Source: Chiloscyllium plagiosum | Lineage: Eukaryota | Assembly (NCBI RefSeq): GCF_004010195.1 | Contig: NC_057711.1 | Coordinates: 69,195,850 to 69,259,849, forward strand | Length of the DNA stretch: 64,000 nt | Direction: 5' to 3' | Shown here: positions 37,406-49,000 of the stretch, in pieces | Position numbering within the stretch: the stretch's first letter is position 1 | Layout of the letters: the number at the start of each line of letters is the position of its first letter | Made by a program: the position numbers and the translations under genes | The notes under the pieces: model-generated | Told to the model about the DNA's origin: nothing | What the model saw: only the letters and a program-made list of their open reading frames with translations | The model's database searches: none

Positions 37406-39699
37406 TAATGTATTACTATAGTGGAATTGTAACAAGTTTGTATTAAAGGGTTGGTGGGTTAGTTTTAATTCTGTATTATTGTTTCATTACGTCATTCTAT
37501 ATTATGAAAATGGTACACATAGAGTGCACAAATAATCGGTCATTGGTCCTGTTTCACATTTTGCTGCAAAAAGCAGATTTCTAAATCATGTTTACATTTA
37601 TATTGTCCTGTCTCAAGTCACATTTTTCCTACTTGCAGGTGGTGATATCATCATGCACCCATTGCCCTTATTCTTCTAGGTGGTAGAAGTAAATGATTTG
37701 TGAAGTGCTAGAAAAAGTCTAGATAAGTTGCTGTAGTGCAGTCGTGTAAAAGGAGCTGGAGATGAAGGCAGTGAATGTCACGGTGGTATATTGGATACCA
37801 ATCAAGCTGACTGCTTTGGCCTGGATGGTGTTGAACTTCTTCCGTGTAGAAGATACACACCCGAGTAGGTGGGGAGTATTCCATCACACTCCAAATTTGT
37901 GCCTTGTGGCCATGGGCAGACTTTGGGGAAATCAGGAAACAAGTCATTCAGTATAGAATTCCTTGCCTTTAGGTCGCTATTTATATAGTGATCTTGTTAA
38001 CTTTCTGGTCAATAGTGATCTGCAGCAATGGTAATGCCATTGACTAAGGGAAGCTGTGTTTTTTAGGGTGGTAATTTGAAGGAAATTTATTTGGAGTACA
38101 TGTTAGTAGCCCAAACTGGAATGTTTTTCACACCATTTTTAAAATGATGGCAATTTGAAAGAGAGCTCCATGTAGTTAGGTGGATGAAACTTCTTGAATA
38201 TTGATTGACTGAGCATGGGTGGCCCTGCCAACTTAGTTACATTAGCTGTGACCTGGAGGTAATGAGTATTTTTGTCACCTCCCGCCCCCACCTTGTAGTT
38301 TGGTTTGTTGGTTGGCACTGAACCTCTAACTATGTGGTCTGGGTGAGTTGTCTGTTCAATCAAACATTCGCCGCACAGCAGGTGGCCTTTGATGATTTCT
38401 GTACGGAGGGCAGCAAAGCACGGGAAGTGTCTGCATCCTGGAACTTTTTAGACCAGAGGAAACAGTATAAATTTAAGGGTGGCTGAGTGTCTGCTGATGG
38501 AGTGTCTGCTTAGGATGAAGGTGTTTGCAAAACCCTGCATTTTGCCTCATTTTCATTCTTTTCAATTCACTGCCAGTGCCTCAGAAGATTTTGGAGGACA
38601 TGGCCACACTGTTCTTCTATTCATGATCTTTGAAATGGGGAAAAGCATTAAGATCCTGGACTTTATTTTTCATTTTTTTAAGTTTATAAAATTTCATTCT
38701 TTATTCTATTTGGCAGTAAATGTTCACACTGCTTTGTTGTAATACAGTTATAATATAACTGGTGTCATTCCTCCTTCTTATTTTTAGATATGCATAATAC
38801 TTATACTCATGGGAAATTTCCTTAAGGCAATAAAAATATGTGTAAGAGGATGGCTGCTTCATCATCTGAGCAATTGGGATGGAACTGAAATCTATGTAAC
38901 TATCAACAGATTCCTCATCCTCTGATGGTAGGCTGGAGGGAAAATGATTGATAAAGGAGCAAAGATGATTATGCTTTGAAGAGTGGAAGGAGTGCATATT
39001 GAATGTGGTAGACGGAATATTATCAAGTGGGCTACTTTGTATTCTGTGGCATTGAATGTTTTTTAAATGTTGGAGCCAGACTCTTCCATTCAACTCTGGA
39101 ATATTCTACCACTTCACAGCTTGTGCTTTGTAGATGATGGATGGAGTCAGGTGATGAGTTAATTACCACAGAATTCCAACTTCTGATCTACTGTTTATTT
39201 GGCTAATCCAGTTAAGTATCTTGTCAATGATAACCCCAAGAATGTGGATAGTAGGGAACTTGGTATTGGTAATGCCATTGAATATGAAGTAGAAATAGTT
39301 AGGTCATCCCTTATTGGAGATAATTATTGTCTGTCATTTATGTCACACACATCTTATTTGCAACCTTTTAACTCAAGCCTGAATGTGTTTGAAGGGCTAA
39401 TATTTCCAGAGCTCCTTTGTGCCACAGATGGTGAAATGTTGCAATGATACCAAGGCCAGTCACTCTCACCTCACCTTTTGAATTCAGTTTTGTTGTTTGA
39501 ATCAAGGGTGTAGTGATGTCAGGAGCTGAGTGATCTATTGGAATCCAAATTGTATACCACTGACAAGTTTACTAATGAGAAACTGCCAATTGATAGCACT
39601 GTCAATGATTCATTCCATCACTTTGCTGATGATTGAGAGTAGACTGTTGGGATGCTAACTGGCCAGATTACATTACGCCTATTTTTGTGGACATAAAGG

Positions 39700-41497
39700 A
39701 TGTTCCAAATCCAGGCTGGCAACAAGACTATTTTTGGATTATGTAGACAGTGTTATGGCCATTCTTCAGGCAAGGCAAAGTTCCCCAGTTTAATATAGTT
39801 CCAGACAAGATTCCTAATTTGTCAAATAATCAATGAAGGTAATTTGTATGAATTTATAGCCAAGTTAAGGACATGGTTACATAGAGACCAAATTTGGGAA
39901 CTAAGTATTCAGTGGTATGTGACTTTTTGAAAGGACAGGCAGAAAGGAAAGAGTAGTGGGGTAGCTTTGTTAGTGTGGGATGGGGTAAGTATAATAGCAA
40001 GAAATGCTGTTGAATTCAGAGATATGGAATCTACATGGGTGGAAGTATGAACAACAAGGGGAAGAAGACACTGTCAGGTGTGGTCTATAGGCCCTTGAAC
40101 AGTATCTATATAGTGAGTGAATAATTCAGAGGGTAATGACGGCATGTAAAAAAGACATTACAGTAATCACTTTCTACTAGTACAGTAATCACAGGTGACT
40201 TTAATCTACATGTAGATAGGGAAAGTCAAATTGGCAGGGGTAGCAATGAGGGCAAATACATAGATTGTATAAGAGACAATTTCTTAGTTCTTAGAACAAT
40301 ATGTTTGGATCCAATCAGGGATCGGCTCTTTTGATCTGGTATTATATAATGAGGCGATTTAATAAATGATCTCAGAGTAAAAAATCCCTGAGGAAACAGC
40401 AACCATAACTTAGTAGAATTTATCATTCAATTTAAGAAGGAAAAGCTTGAGTCAGAAACAATTTTCAACCTTAAGCAAGGGTAATTACAAAGGAATAAGG
40501 GCAGAGCTAGCTGGAGTGGATTGGGAAAGCAGCAAAGATGGTTGAGGAAAAATGATAAACCTTTAAGAAAATAGTTAAACAAAAATGTATCAAGAAAAAT
40601 GGATTATAGGAAGGAGATAAACCAATCATGGTTAACCAGGTAAGTTAAGGACAGCATAAAATTGACAGAAGAAACTTAAAATGTGACAAAGATTAGTGAT
40701 GAGCTGAAGGATTAGGAAAGTTTTGAAGGTCAACAAGAGATGACCAACAAAAAAATAAAGAGGAAGAAAATAAACATTGAGAATAAATTTGCAGCTGATA
40801 CCAAGACAGTACTAAGTTTTAAAAATATATATAAAAGGAAGAAAGAGGCCAAAGTGAACAAATGTTGTTTGGAGAATGAGGCTGGAGAGATAATAATGGG
40901 GAATCAGGAAGTGGCAGAGGAGTTGAATAAATACTTTGTATCAGTCTTCATGGTAGAAGCCAGTAATACCATTCCAAAAATTATAAATATTCAAGGGGCA
41001 GATGTTTTAGAGAAAGTAAATATATAATTTTCACAAGACAAGAAGTACATGTGGGTGGCACGGTGGCACAGTGGTTAGCGCTGCTGCCTCACAGCGCCAG
41101 AGACCCGGGTTCAATTCCCGCCTCAGGCGACTGACTGTGTGGAGTTTGCACATTCTCCCCGTGTCTGTGTGGGTTTCCTCCGGGTGCTCCGGTTTCCTCC
41201 CACAGTCCAAAAGATGTGCAGGTCAGATAATTGGCCATGCTAAATTGCCCGTAGTGTTAGGTAAGGGGTAAATGTAGGGGTATGGGTGGGTTGCACTTCG
41301 GCGGGGTGGTGTGGATTTGTTGGGCCGAAGGGCCTGTTTCCACACTGTAAGTAATCTAATCTACAAGGTAAACAAATGGGTCTAAAAGCCAATAAGTCCT
41401 TGGAACTGATAGAATACATCTTAGGATATTAAAGAAAGTAGTTACAGAGATAGTGGATGCATTGTTTGTAATCTGGCTGGAAAAATGCCAGAGGATC
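39700..41497 (+). mobile_element. Decayed CR1-clade LINE ORF2 (endonuclease and linker), interrupted by the HE1-type SINE
   Basis: VALLV, VVYRPL, GDFNL, NHNLVEF, MGNQEVAEELNKYFVSVF motifs. Confidence 0.75.
41053..41363 (+). mobile_element. tRNA-derived V-SINE (HE1-type), young and full length
   Basis: A box TGGCACAGTGG, B box GGGTTCAATTCCC (41107-41119), V domain tgtggagtttgcacattctccccgtg..gggtttcctccgggtgctccggtttcctcccac, LINE-like tail ttgggccgaagggcctgtttcc..(taatc)n. Many CpGs retained. Confidence 0.9.
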
Positions 41498-41710
41498 GAC
41501 TTTCTTGAGTTAATAAAAGAGTGAGTTTATTAGTTATTAAATGTGAGGAGAAATAATACACATTCACATACACAAAGCCTGGTTAAATTGGCTCCTTTTA
41601 CAACATGAATTTATTGGTCTGGGAGAAGGGCATCAACAAAGAAAGGGGTCATTTGTAAAGTAATGTTGGGTTAGATGAATAAAGAAAGGGAACAAGTTCA
41701 TCCCTTCTCA

Positions 41711-42134
41711 CTGTAAGATATAAGAGCAGAAGTAGGCCATTCAGCACTTCATGTCTGCTCTGCCATTCAATGAGATAATTGACTCTGCTTGATCATATTA
41801 TGTATTTCTAAATGCACTACAATTACATCTTTTGTAGTAGACTCTAACATTTTCCCAATAAAAGATGTTAGGCTATGTGGCCAACAGTTATCTCCTTCCC
41901 TATTTGAATAAATGTGAAACAGTGGAAATTTGCTGATCCTCTGGCATTTTTCCAGCATCTAAGGAGTCTTGAAAGATTACTAACAGTGCATCCGCTATCT
42001 CTATAACTACTTTCTTTAATATCCTAAGATGTATTCCATCAGTTCCAGGAACTTACTGGCTTTTAGTTGCCATTTGTTTACCTTGTACGTTTTGTCGAGT
42101 GAACCATTTACTTCCTCTAAAACATCTGCCCATT
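41711..42134 (-). mobile_element. Minus-strand CR1 fragment with 3' tail; its right part is an inverted copy of 40994-41497
   Basis: ORF 41767..41958 WPHSLTSFIGKMLES; tail agcagaagtaggccattcagc; shared gaatacatcttaggatattaaagaaagtagtta. Confidence 0.75.
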
Positions 42135-42456
42135 GACTAGAGATTAGAAATGCAAAATGAATCCAAGAAAATTAGAAAAGATATACAGATCAATCTCTGA
42201 TTGCTGATCGGATATTGTGGACATTATGTTGAGCGATACAATAACATTGATGTTTGTAGGTGAACAGTTGAGTGCCTGTGCTTGACTTTGCAGGCCAGCT
42301 GAAATTCTTTTGTCCTGTTTCATTTTGATTGGTTGTTTAGCTTGCAGCACTCAAAGCAAGATACTGACTTTTTAGTTTTTTATAAGCCAGCCTTGGCATC
42401 CAGACAAAACATTTGTTCAAGACTTCAATAAATCCATAGGTGATCAGAGGTTATGA

Positions 42457-42582
42457 GGAGAAAGTGAGGACTGCAGATGCTGGAGGCCAGAGTTGAAAAA
42501 TGTTGTGCTGGAAAAACACAGCAGGCCAGGCAGCATCCGAGGAGCAGGAGAATTGACGTTTCGGACATAAGCCCTTCTTCAG
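42457..42582 (-). mobile_element. Short Penelope-like insertion (family A) ending exactly at the hammerhead CUGA box
   Basis: Perfect 15-bp TSD gatcagaggttatga at 42442-42456 and 42583-42597; minus strand CTGAAGA-a-gggc(ttat)gtcc-GAAA-c-GTC. Confidence 0.85.
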
Positions 42583-43636
42583 GATCAGAGGTTATGATCC
42601 ATGCTCGTGATAATGGCACTTTTGGGATGTAATTGAATCTCAGACTTTGATATGATATTGAGAGTATGTAACTTTGTCAAATTGTTGCATGACTGTGTGT
42701 GGGAAACTCTTCTAATTTTGACACAAATTCCTAGATGTTATCAAGAAGGATTTTGCAGGGTTCACTGGTTAGGCTATTACAACTAAGTGGCTTACTAGGC
42801 CATTTCAGAGAACATTTGAAAGTCAAAGACAATTCTATGGGTCTGGAATCAAGTGCAAGTAAGAGAGGGCAACGACAGTGAGTTCCAGACCCCAGCCACT
42901 CTCTGGGTGAAAAATATTTTTGTCTCTCCTCTAATCTTTCAACCATTCAGTTTAAAACAGTCTGTGACCTCTCTGCTAAGAAAAACAGGCTGTTCCCATC
43001 TACCTTCCTCTACGCACACCTCCTCAATTTTTCAAAATTCATTTGTGGAATGTGGGCATCACTGGCTGGACAACCATTTATTGTCCATCCCCAGTTACCC
43101 TTAAGAACATGGTGATTAGCTGCCTTCTTGAATTGCTGTAGTCTATGTGCTATAGGTAGATCCACAATACTGTTAGATAGGGAATTCTAGGAATTCAAAC
43201 CAGGAACACTGAAGGAATGATGATATATTTCCAAATCAGGATGGTGAGTGGCCTACACACATTTATCAGCTACCTTTGTCCTTGTGGATGGAAGTGGTTG
43301 TGAGTTTTGAGATTCTAGCTCAAGATCTTTGGTGAATTTCTGCAGTGCATCTCGTAGATAGCATACACTGCTGCAACTAAGTGATGGAGAGAGTAGTGTG
43401 TTACCAATCAAGCAAGCTGTTTTGTCCTAGATGGTGTCAATGTTCTTGAGTGTTGTTGGAGCTGCACCATTAAGGCAAGTGGGGAGTATTCCATCACAAT
43501 CTGACTTGTGCCTTGTAGATGGTGGACAGGCTTTGGTGGTCAGGTGATGAGTTATTCACTAGTCCTAGTCTCTAAACTGTTCGTGTCACCACTGTGGTTA
43601 TATGATGTGTCCAGTTGAGTTTCTGGTCAATGGTAA

Positions 43637-44955
43637 TGTTATGAAGGTGTAGGTGTATACTGTGCCTTTAAGTGAGAGAGGAAGCTGGCAATGGATGAAA
43701 GCACAGAGTGTGCTGAACAATTTAAAAATGTTGGTTGGCCCAAGTAGATGGTGCTGTGTTGCCATGGTGCAAAACCAATTTCAAATTCGGCCAATCAGTT
43801 TAAATTATGCCCCAGAGAACAAAATCCAATCAAATATGAATTTAGTGCTTGGATGACATCAAGCCAATGAAATGATCTGATGTCTTGGGGTATAAAATCA
43901 GATATTTTGAATAGTTGGGGGAGAACTGCCAAGCACCAACAAGAATAGCTGAAAATGTGTTGCTGGAAAAGCGCAGCAGGTCAGGCAGCATGCAAGGAGC
44001 AGGAGAATCGACGTTTTGGGCATGAGCCCTTCTTCAGGAATGAGGAGAGTGTGCCAAGCAGGCTAAGATAAAAGGTAGGGAGGAGGGACTTGGGGGAGGG
44101 GCATTGGAAATGCAATAGATGGAAGGAGGTTAAGGTGAGGGTGATAGGCCGGAGTGGGGGTGGGGGCGGAGAGGTCAGGAAGAAGATTGCAGGTTAGGAA
44201 GGTGGTGCTGAGTTCGAGGGTTGGGACTGAGACAAGGTGGGGGGAGGGAAATGAGGAAACTGGAGAAATCTGAGTTCATCCCTTGTGGTTGGAGGGTTCC
44301 TAGGCGGAAGATGAGGCGCTCTTCCTCCAGCCGTCGTGTTGCTATGGTCTAGCGATTTAGGGTTCCAAGGACCTGCATGTCCTTGGTGGAGTGGGATGGG
44401 GAGTTGAAATGTTGAGCCACGGGGTGGTTGGGTTGGTTGGTCCGGGTGTCCCAGAGGTGTTCTCTGAAACGTTCCGCAAGTCTCTCCAATATAGAGGAGG
44501 CCACATCAGGTGCAGTGGATGCAGTAAATGATGTGTGTGGAGGTGCAGGTGAATTTGTGGCGGATATGGAAGTATCTCTTGGGGCCTTGGAGGGAAGTAA
44601 GGGGGGAGGTATGGGCGCAAGTTTTGCATTTCTCGCGGTTGCAGGGGAAGGTGCCGGGAGTGGAGGTTGGGTTGGTGGGGAGTGTGGAGTTGACGAGGGA
44701 GTCGCGGAGGGAGTGGTCTTTTTGGAACGCTGATAGGGGAGGGGAGGGAAATATATCCCTGGATGCTGCCTGACCTGCTGCGCTTTTCCCGCAACACATT
44801 TTCAGCTCTGCTCTCCAGCATCTGCAGTCCTCACTTTCTCCACCAACAAGTATAGACTGCTACCCAAGTAGCTCTCTGAAAGGTGCCTGTCCATAAGAAA
44901 GGTTGTGCAGCAGAAGACCGAAGAAGAGACCACCCAGGAAAATATGGAGGAAAAT
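43637..44955 (+). mobile_element. Probable LTR (U3/R part) interrupted by the Penelope-like insertion
   Basis: Begins TGTTATGAAG abruptly inside a LINE; four CCAAT boxes (43775, 43791, 43826, 43864) and TATAAAA at 43891. The 3' CA end was not located. Confidence 0.45.
43944..44840 (-). mobile_element. Penelope-like element (family A): decayed GIY-YIG segment with an inverted terminal segment (44760-44840)
   Basis: ORF 44506..44799 reads PGTFPCNREKCKTCAHT..FTCTSTHIIYCIHC. Hammerhead at about 44006-44041 with GAAA changed to AAAA; TSD caccaacaag at 43934-43943 and 44841-44850. Confidence 0.88.
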
Positions 44956-45752
44956 CCATGGCAGATGGAGTTTAATTTCGATAAATGTGAGGTGCTGCAT
45001 TTTGGGAAAGCAAATCTTACCAGGACTTATATACTTAATGATAAGGTCCTGGGGAGTGTTGCTGAACAAAGGGACCTTGGAGTACAGGTTTATAGCTCCT
45101 TGAAAGTGGAGTCGCAGGTAGATAGGATAGTGAAGAAGGCATTTAGTATGCTTTCCTTTATTGGTCAGAATATTGAGTACAGCAGTTGGGAGGTCATGTG
45201 GCGACTGTACAGTCCATTGGTTAGACCACTGTTGGAATATTGCGTGCAATTCTGGTCTTCTTATCGGAAAGATGTTGTGAAACTTGAAAGGGTTCAGAAA
45301 AGATTTACAAGGATGTTGCAAGGATTGGAGGATTTGAGCTATAGGGAGGGGCTGAATAGGCTGGGGCACTTTTTTTCTGGAGTGTTGGAGACTGAGGGGT
45401 GACTTTATAGAGGTTTATAAAATTATGAGGGGCATGGATAGGATAAATAGACAAAGTCTTTTTCCTGAGGTGGGGGAGTCCAGAACTAGAGGGCATAGGT
45501 TTAGGCTGAGAGGGAAAAGATCTAAAAGAGATCAAAGGGGCAACTTTTTCACTCAGTGGGTGGAACGTGTATGGAATGAGCTGCCAGAGGAAGTGGTGGA
45601 GGCTAGTATAATTGCAACATTTAAACACCCACCTGGATAGGTATATGAATAGGAAGGGTTTGCATAGATATGGGCCGGGTGCTACCAGGTCAGCATGGAT
45701 AAGTTGGACTGAAGAGTCTGTTTCAGTGCTGTACATCTCTATGACACTATGA
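44955..45752 (+). mobile_element. Young HER1/CR1 LINE 3' fragment
   Basis: ORF 44905..45402 WQMEFNFDKCEVLHFG..RDLGVQV..LVRPLLEYCVQFWS..LERVQKRFTRM; tail ctctatgacactatga. Confidence 0.9.
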
Positions 45753-47194
45753 CTTGTCGAATGCAGCCTTGATGCATTGATCAGATCTCTCCTTAGCCTC
45801 TTCTGCTCCAGAGAGAACATTCACAAACATAACCTTTCTTTAATATATCCATGCTAATTATCCTTGAATTAATCCACTCCTTTCTAATTGAAAATTTATC
45901 TTGTCTCAGAACTGATTGCAATAATTTCCCTATGAGGAATAGATTGTGAAATGTTGTGGCAGTTAAAATAGGTTATACTGGTTGTGCTGACTTTTGTGGT
46001 TGAGGAGTTGTTTGGTGATTTTTGGTCCTGCAGTTGTTTGAAAGATATTGCCCAGTTTTCTTCAACATTGTTGACTTGACCTGCTCTTTAGCAGAGAGAC
46101 AGTCTGTTTTTTATAATCCATAAATTCAAGAGTGTCCCGTGGATGTTCTCGGCTGTTCCCCTTCATGGTACATTTTAGTATGGTGGAAGTTGATCATAAG
46201 CTGGCACACTATCATGCTGGCTCCCTAGCATAGTAGCTAATGAAGTTCAGGGGTAGTAGTTATTTTTTGAACTCCCTTACTTGTGTATTCCTGAAAGGAT
46301 AAAACACAAATATATATTTTACCCTGAATTGTTTTTCTTTTAATTCATTTTTTTTCTATCTATGTGCCTGCAGTCTGGGATACAATCCACAAGAGACCAC
46401 AGTTCTTTTTTTTTTAATGGCATCTCCTCCTTTGAAGTATAGCTATTAGAAGTTCCCTTTACACTCTTCAGTTGTAACATTCCTGAATTTCTCTCAGGTC
46501 CTGGTGTAATCCATGCAGAGATTTTACATAGGCACTAAATTTTCATTTTCAGATATCTTTTTATGTGTATGTCATTTTTCTAAAAAAAAACACACTTTGT
46601 AATTTAATGTTCCATACATCCACCAATGATTTCAGATTTCAGGGTTAATGATCCATTTTCATGACAAGGAAGATGTTTTTTCTGAACATCTGAATATCCC
46701 CTTTGAAGTCTTCCACTGCTGTGACACTAATTTACCTTCAGTTAGCTGTGTCCAGCCTACTTTTGCAAAATAATTTTTAATTTTGTAAAATTGGTTTTGT
46801 ATCAATATAGAAGTCTAATTCCTATATTATCTTTTTCCTTCATTATGTTTGAACCAACTGAATTATCACTAGCAACAAAATGTTCTCCCATTCCTTCCAC
46901 CTGCCAAGCTTGATTTCCTAAAACTGAGTCCAAGTTGCACCCTCTCTTATTGGACTTGCCACATATTGCCAAAAAAGAAAGTCTACTAAATTAATTTTAG
47001 AAATTCTGTTCCCTTAATTCATTTCACACAATATTCTGGTTAGTATTGGGTTAATTGAAATATATTACTATCAGACTCTTATTTGCACTTTTCTGGGATT
47101 TGCCTATATATTTGCTCTTCTATCTTCCCTTGTTTGTGGTATATAGTACATTCCAAGCAATGGCGACCAGCTTTTTGTACTTCAGCTTTTTCTA

Positions 47195-47668
47195 AACACC
47201 CCTTCGCCGGATAATCTCTCTAACGTTGTCCTGTACAGGGCAGAGGCGGAACCTGTCAAAAAGTTACAGTAAAAAGTTGTGCATATGTCTGTATGTACGC
47301 ACACGTGCGTGCTATTTGGAGACTCACCCTGCAAAAGACTGCAGCAGCCGCAGCAGTCTTGTTAGTGACCAGTCCGGCTGCCCCAGAGAGGGGGGCGGGG
47401 GTGAAAGGGGGTGGAGTTGGGTGCAGACCGGGGTCACGCTGGGCCGGGCAGGGGAGGTGTGGGGGGGGCGGTATTGGGGGCGGATAGGATTGGGAGGCGG
47501 GGTGAGGGCTCACGCGCGGTGTGCTGCTGCTAGTATCCTGAACAGACAGCAGACTTCATAGAAAACTCCAAGCTCCAGAGGAAAGACATTGAATTGATTA
47601 ACTGAATAATCAATTGTCCGAACGAAATAGTGCCCACTCATCTCGTACGGATAATTGAGGTTCCCCTA
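47195..47668 (-). mobile_element. GC/CpG-rich non-autonomous DNA-transposon fragment (Tigger/pogo-like end) with a G-rich core
   Basis: Right end reverse-complemented reads AGGGGAACCTCAATTATCCG, like Tc/mariner-Tigger TIRs; cggataat occurs near both ends; abrupt GC shift inside an old LINE. Confidence 0.45.
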
Positions 47669-47669
47669 A

Positions 47670-49000
47670 AGTCTCATTTAATGATCCTTGCGTCATATTG
47701 CCCCTCCTTCTCTAACTTTTTGGGGTGTATAGTATACACCCAGTCCTGGTTGCCTCTTTTTTCCCCTTGGTTAAATAAATATGGCCTCATTTAATGATCC
47801 TTCTAACAGATTATCTCTACTTATCACTGTAATTTACTCTGACCAAAATCACCACTCCAGTTCCTTTATATCCCCTCTCACCATCTCATCTGAAAACCCT
47901 GTAACCATGCGTGTTGAGCTGCCATGTCTATCCCTCTTAAAGACATGTTTCTGTAATAGTTATGGTATCATACTACCACATTTGTATTCATACCCTCAGC
48001 TTGTCTGTTTTGTTTGCTATAATCTTTGCATTAAAGTATATATCCTTGAGCACTGCCAAACTCTATTTCCTCTCCATTCCAGACTCATCAACTAATTTCT
48101 GCCTTTCATTTTCATCTCTGATTTTGTCCCAACAGAATCAACCCCTGGCTCCCATCCCATGCCAAACCAGTTTAAATCCTCCCCAATAGCAGTAACAAAA
48201 CATCCCATGAGGGACTTACTCCCTGTTCTATTCAGGTACAGCCATCCAGCAAAGCGTGGGTCCCAATGTCCCAAGAATCTAAAGCCTTCCCTACTGCACC
48301 AACTTGCCGGCCATTCACTTATCTTATCCATTTACTCCAGTACTCATGTGAACATGGCACTGGGACTAATCCAGAGCACCTTTAAGGTGCTACTTGCTAA
48401 TTTTCTCCCTACCTCTCAATTCTGACGGCAGGGCCATATCCTTCTTTCTACCAATATCATTGGCTCCAGGACGCTCTGAAACTGCTTAGTGACAGACTTG
48501 GTCATGACCAGGGAGACAACATCAGCCTGGAATCATACATGCGGCTGTAGAAATGTCTATCTGCTCCCAAGTTTTGAATTACCTATAATTGTTGCTTTCC
48601 AGTCTTCTTTGTATTCAAATGTACAGCTGAACCACCCCTGGAGCCATAGATCCGGCTCTGGCTGCACTCCTGAGATGAGCCATCACTGTCATCAGCATTC
48701 AGGGCAAAGATTTGTCGGGAGAGTGAGATGTACTCTGTATTACCTGCCTTGTCCTTTTTGACTGCCTGGTGGTCTCCCATTCCCTCCCAGCCTATACACT
48801 TTTAAGCATTGAATGACCATATCTGTAAAAGTGTTACTCACATAGCTAACAGTCTTATGGGTACACTACAGTGATGTAATTTGCTGCTTATGTTCTGAAA
48901 ATTAGAACTCAGCTGCTGCAACTGATGGCACTTTCTGCAAATAAAAGATTTTCCAGGATAGAAGAAGCATCCTGGAGTTCCCACATTGCACAGGAAGTAC
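47670..49000 (-). mobile_element. Decayed CR1 LINE including the ORF1 SGNH esterase region
   Basis: ORF 48092..48331 WCSREGFRFLGHWD..LYLNRTG matches the CR1 ORF1 esterase; ORF2 remnants continue at about 46400-47190. Confidence 0.65.

Noticed and set aside
41053..41125. tRNA gene
   Set aside because: The A/B boxes are the head of a SINE; it continues into a V domain and LINE-like tail with no proper acceptor stem.
47226..47561. Gly/Pro/Ala-rich ORFs
   Set aside because: Low-complexity G-run sequence of a repeat insert.
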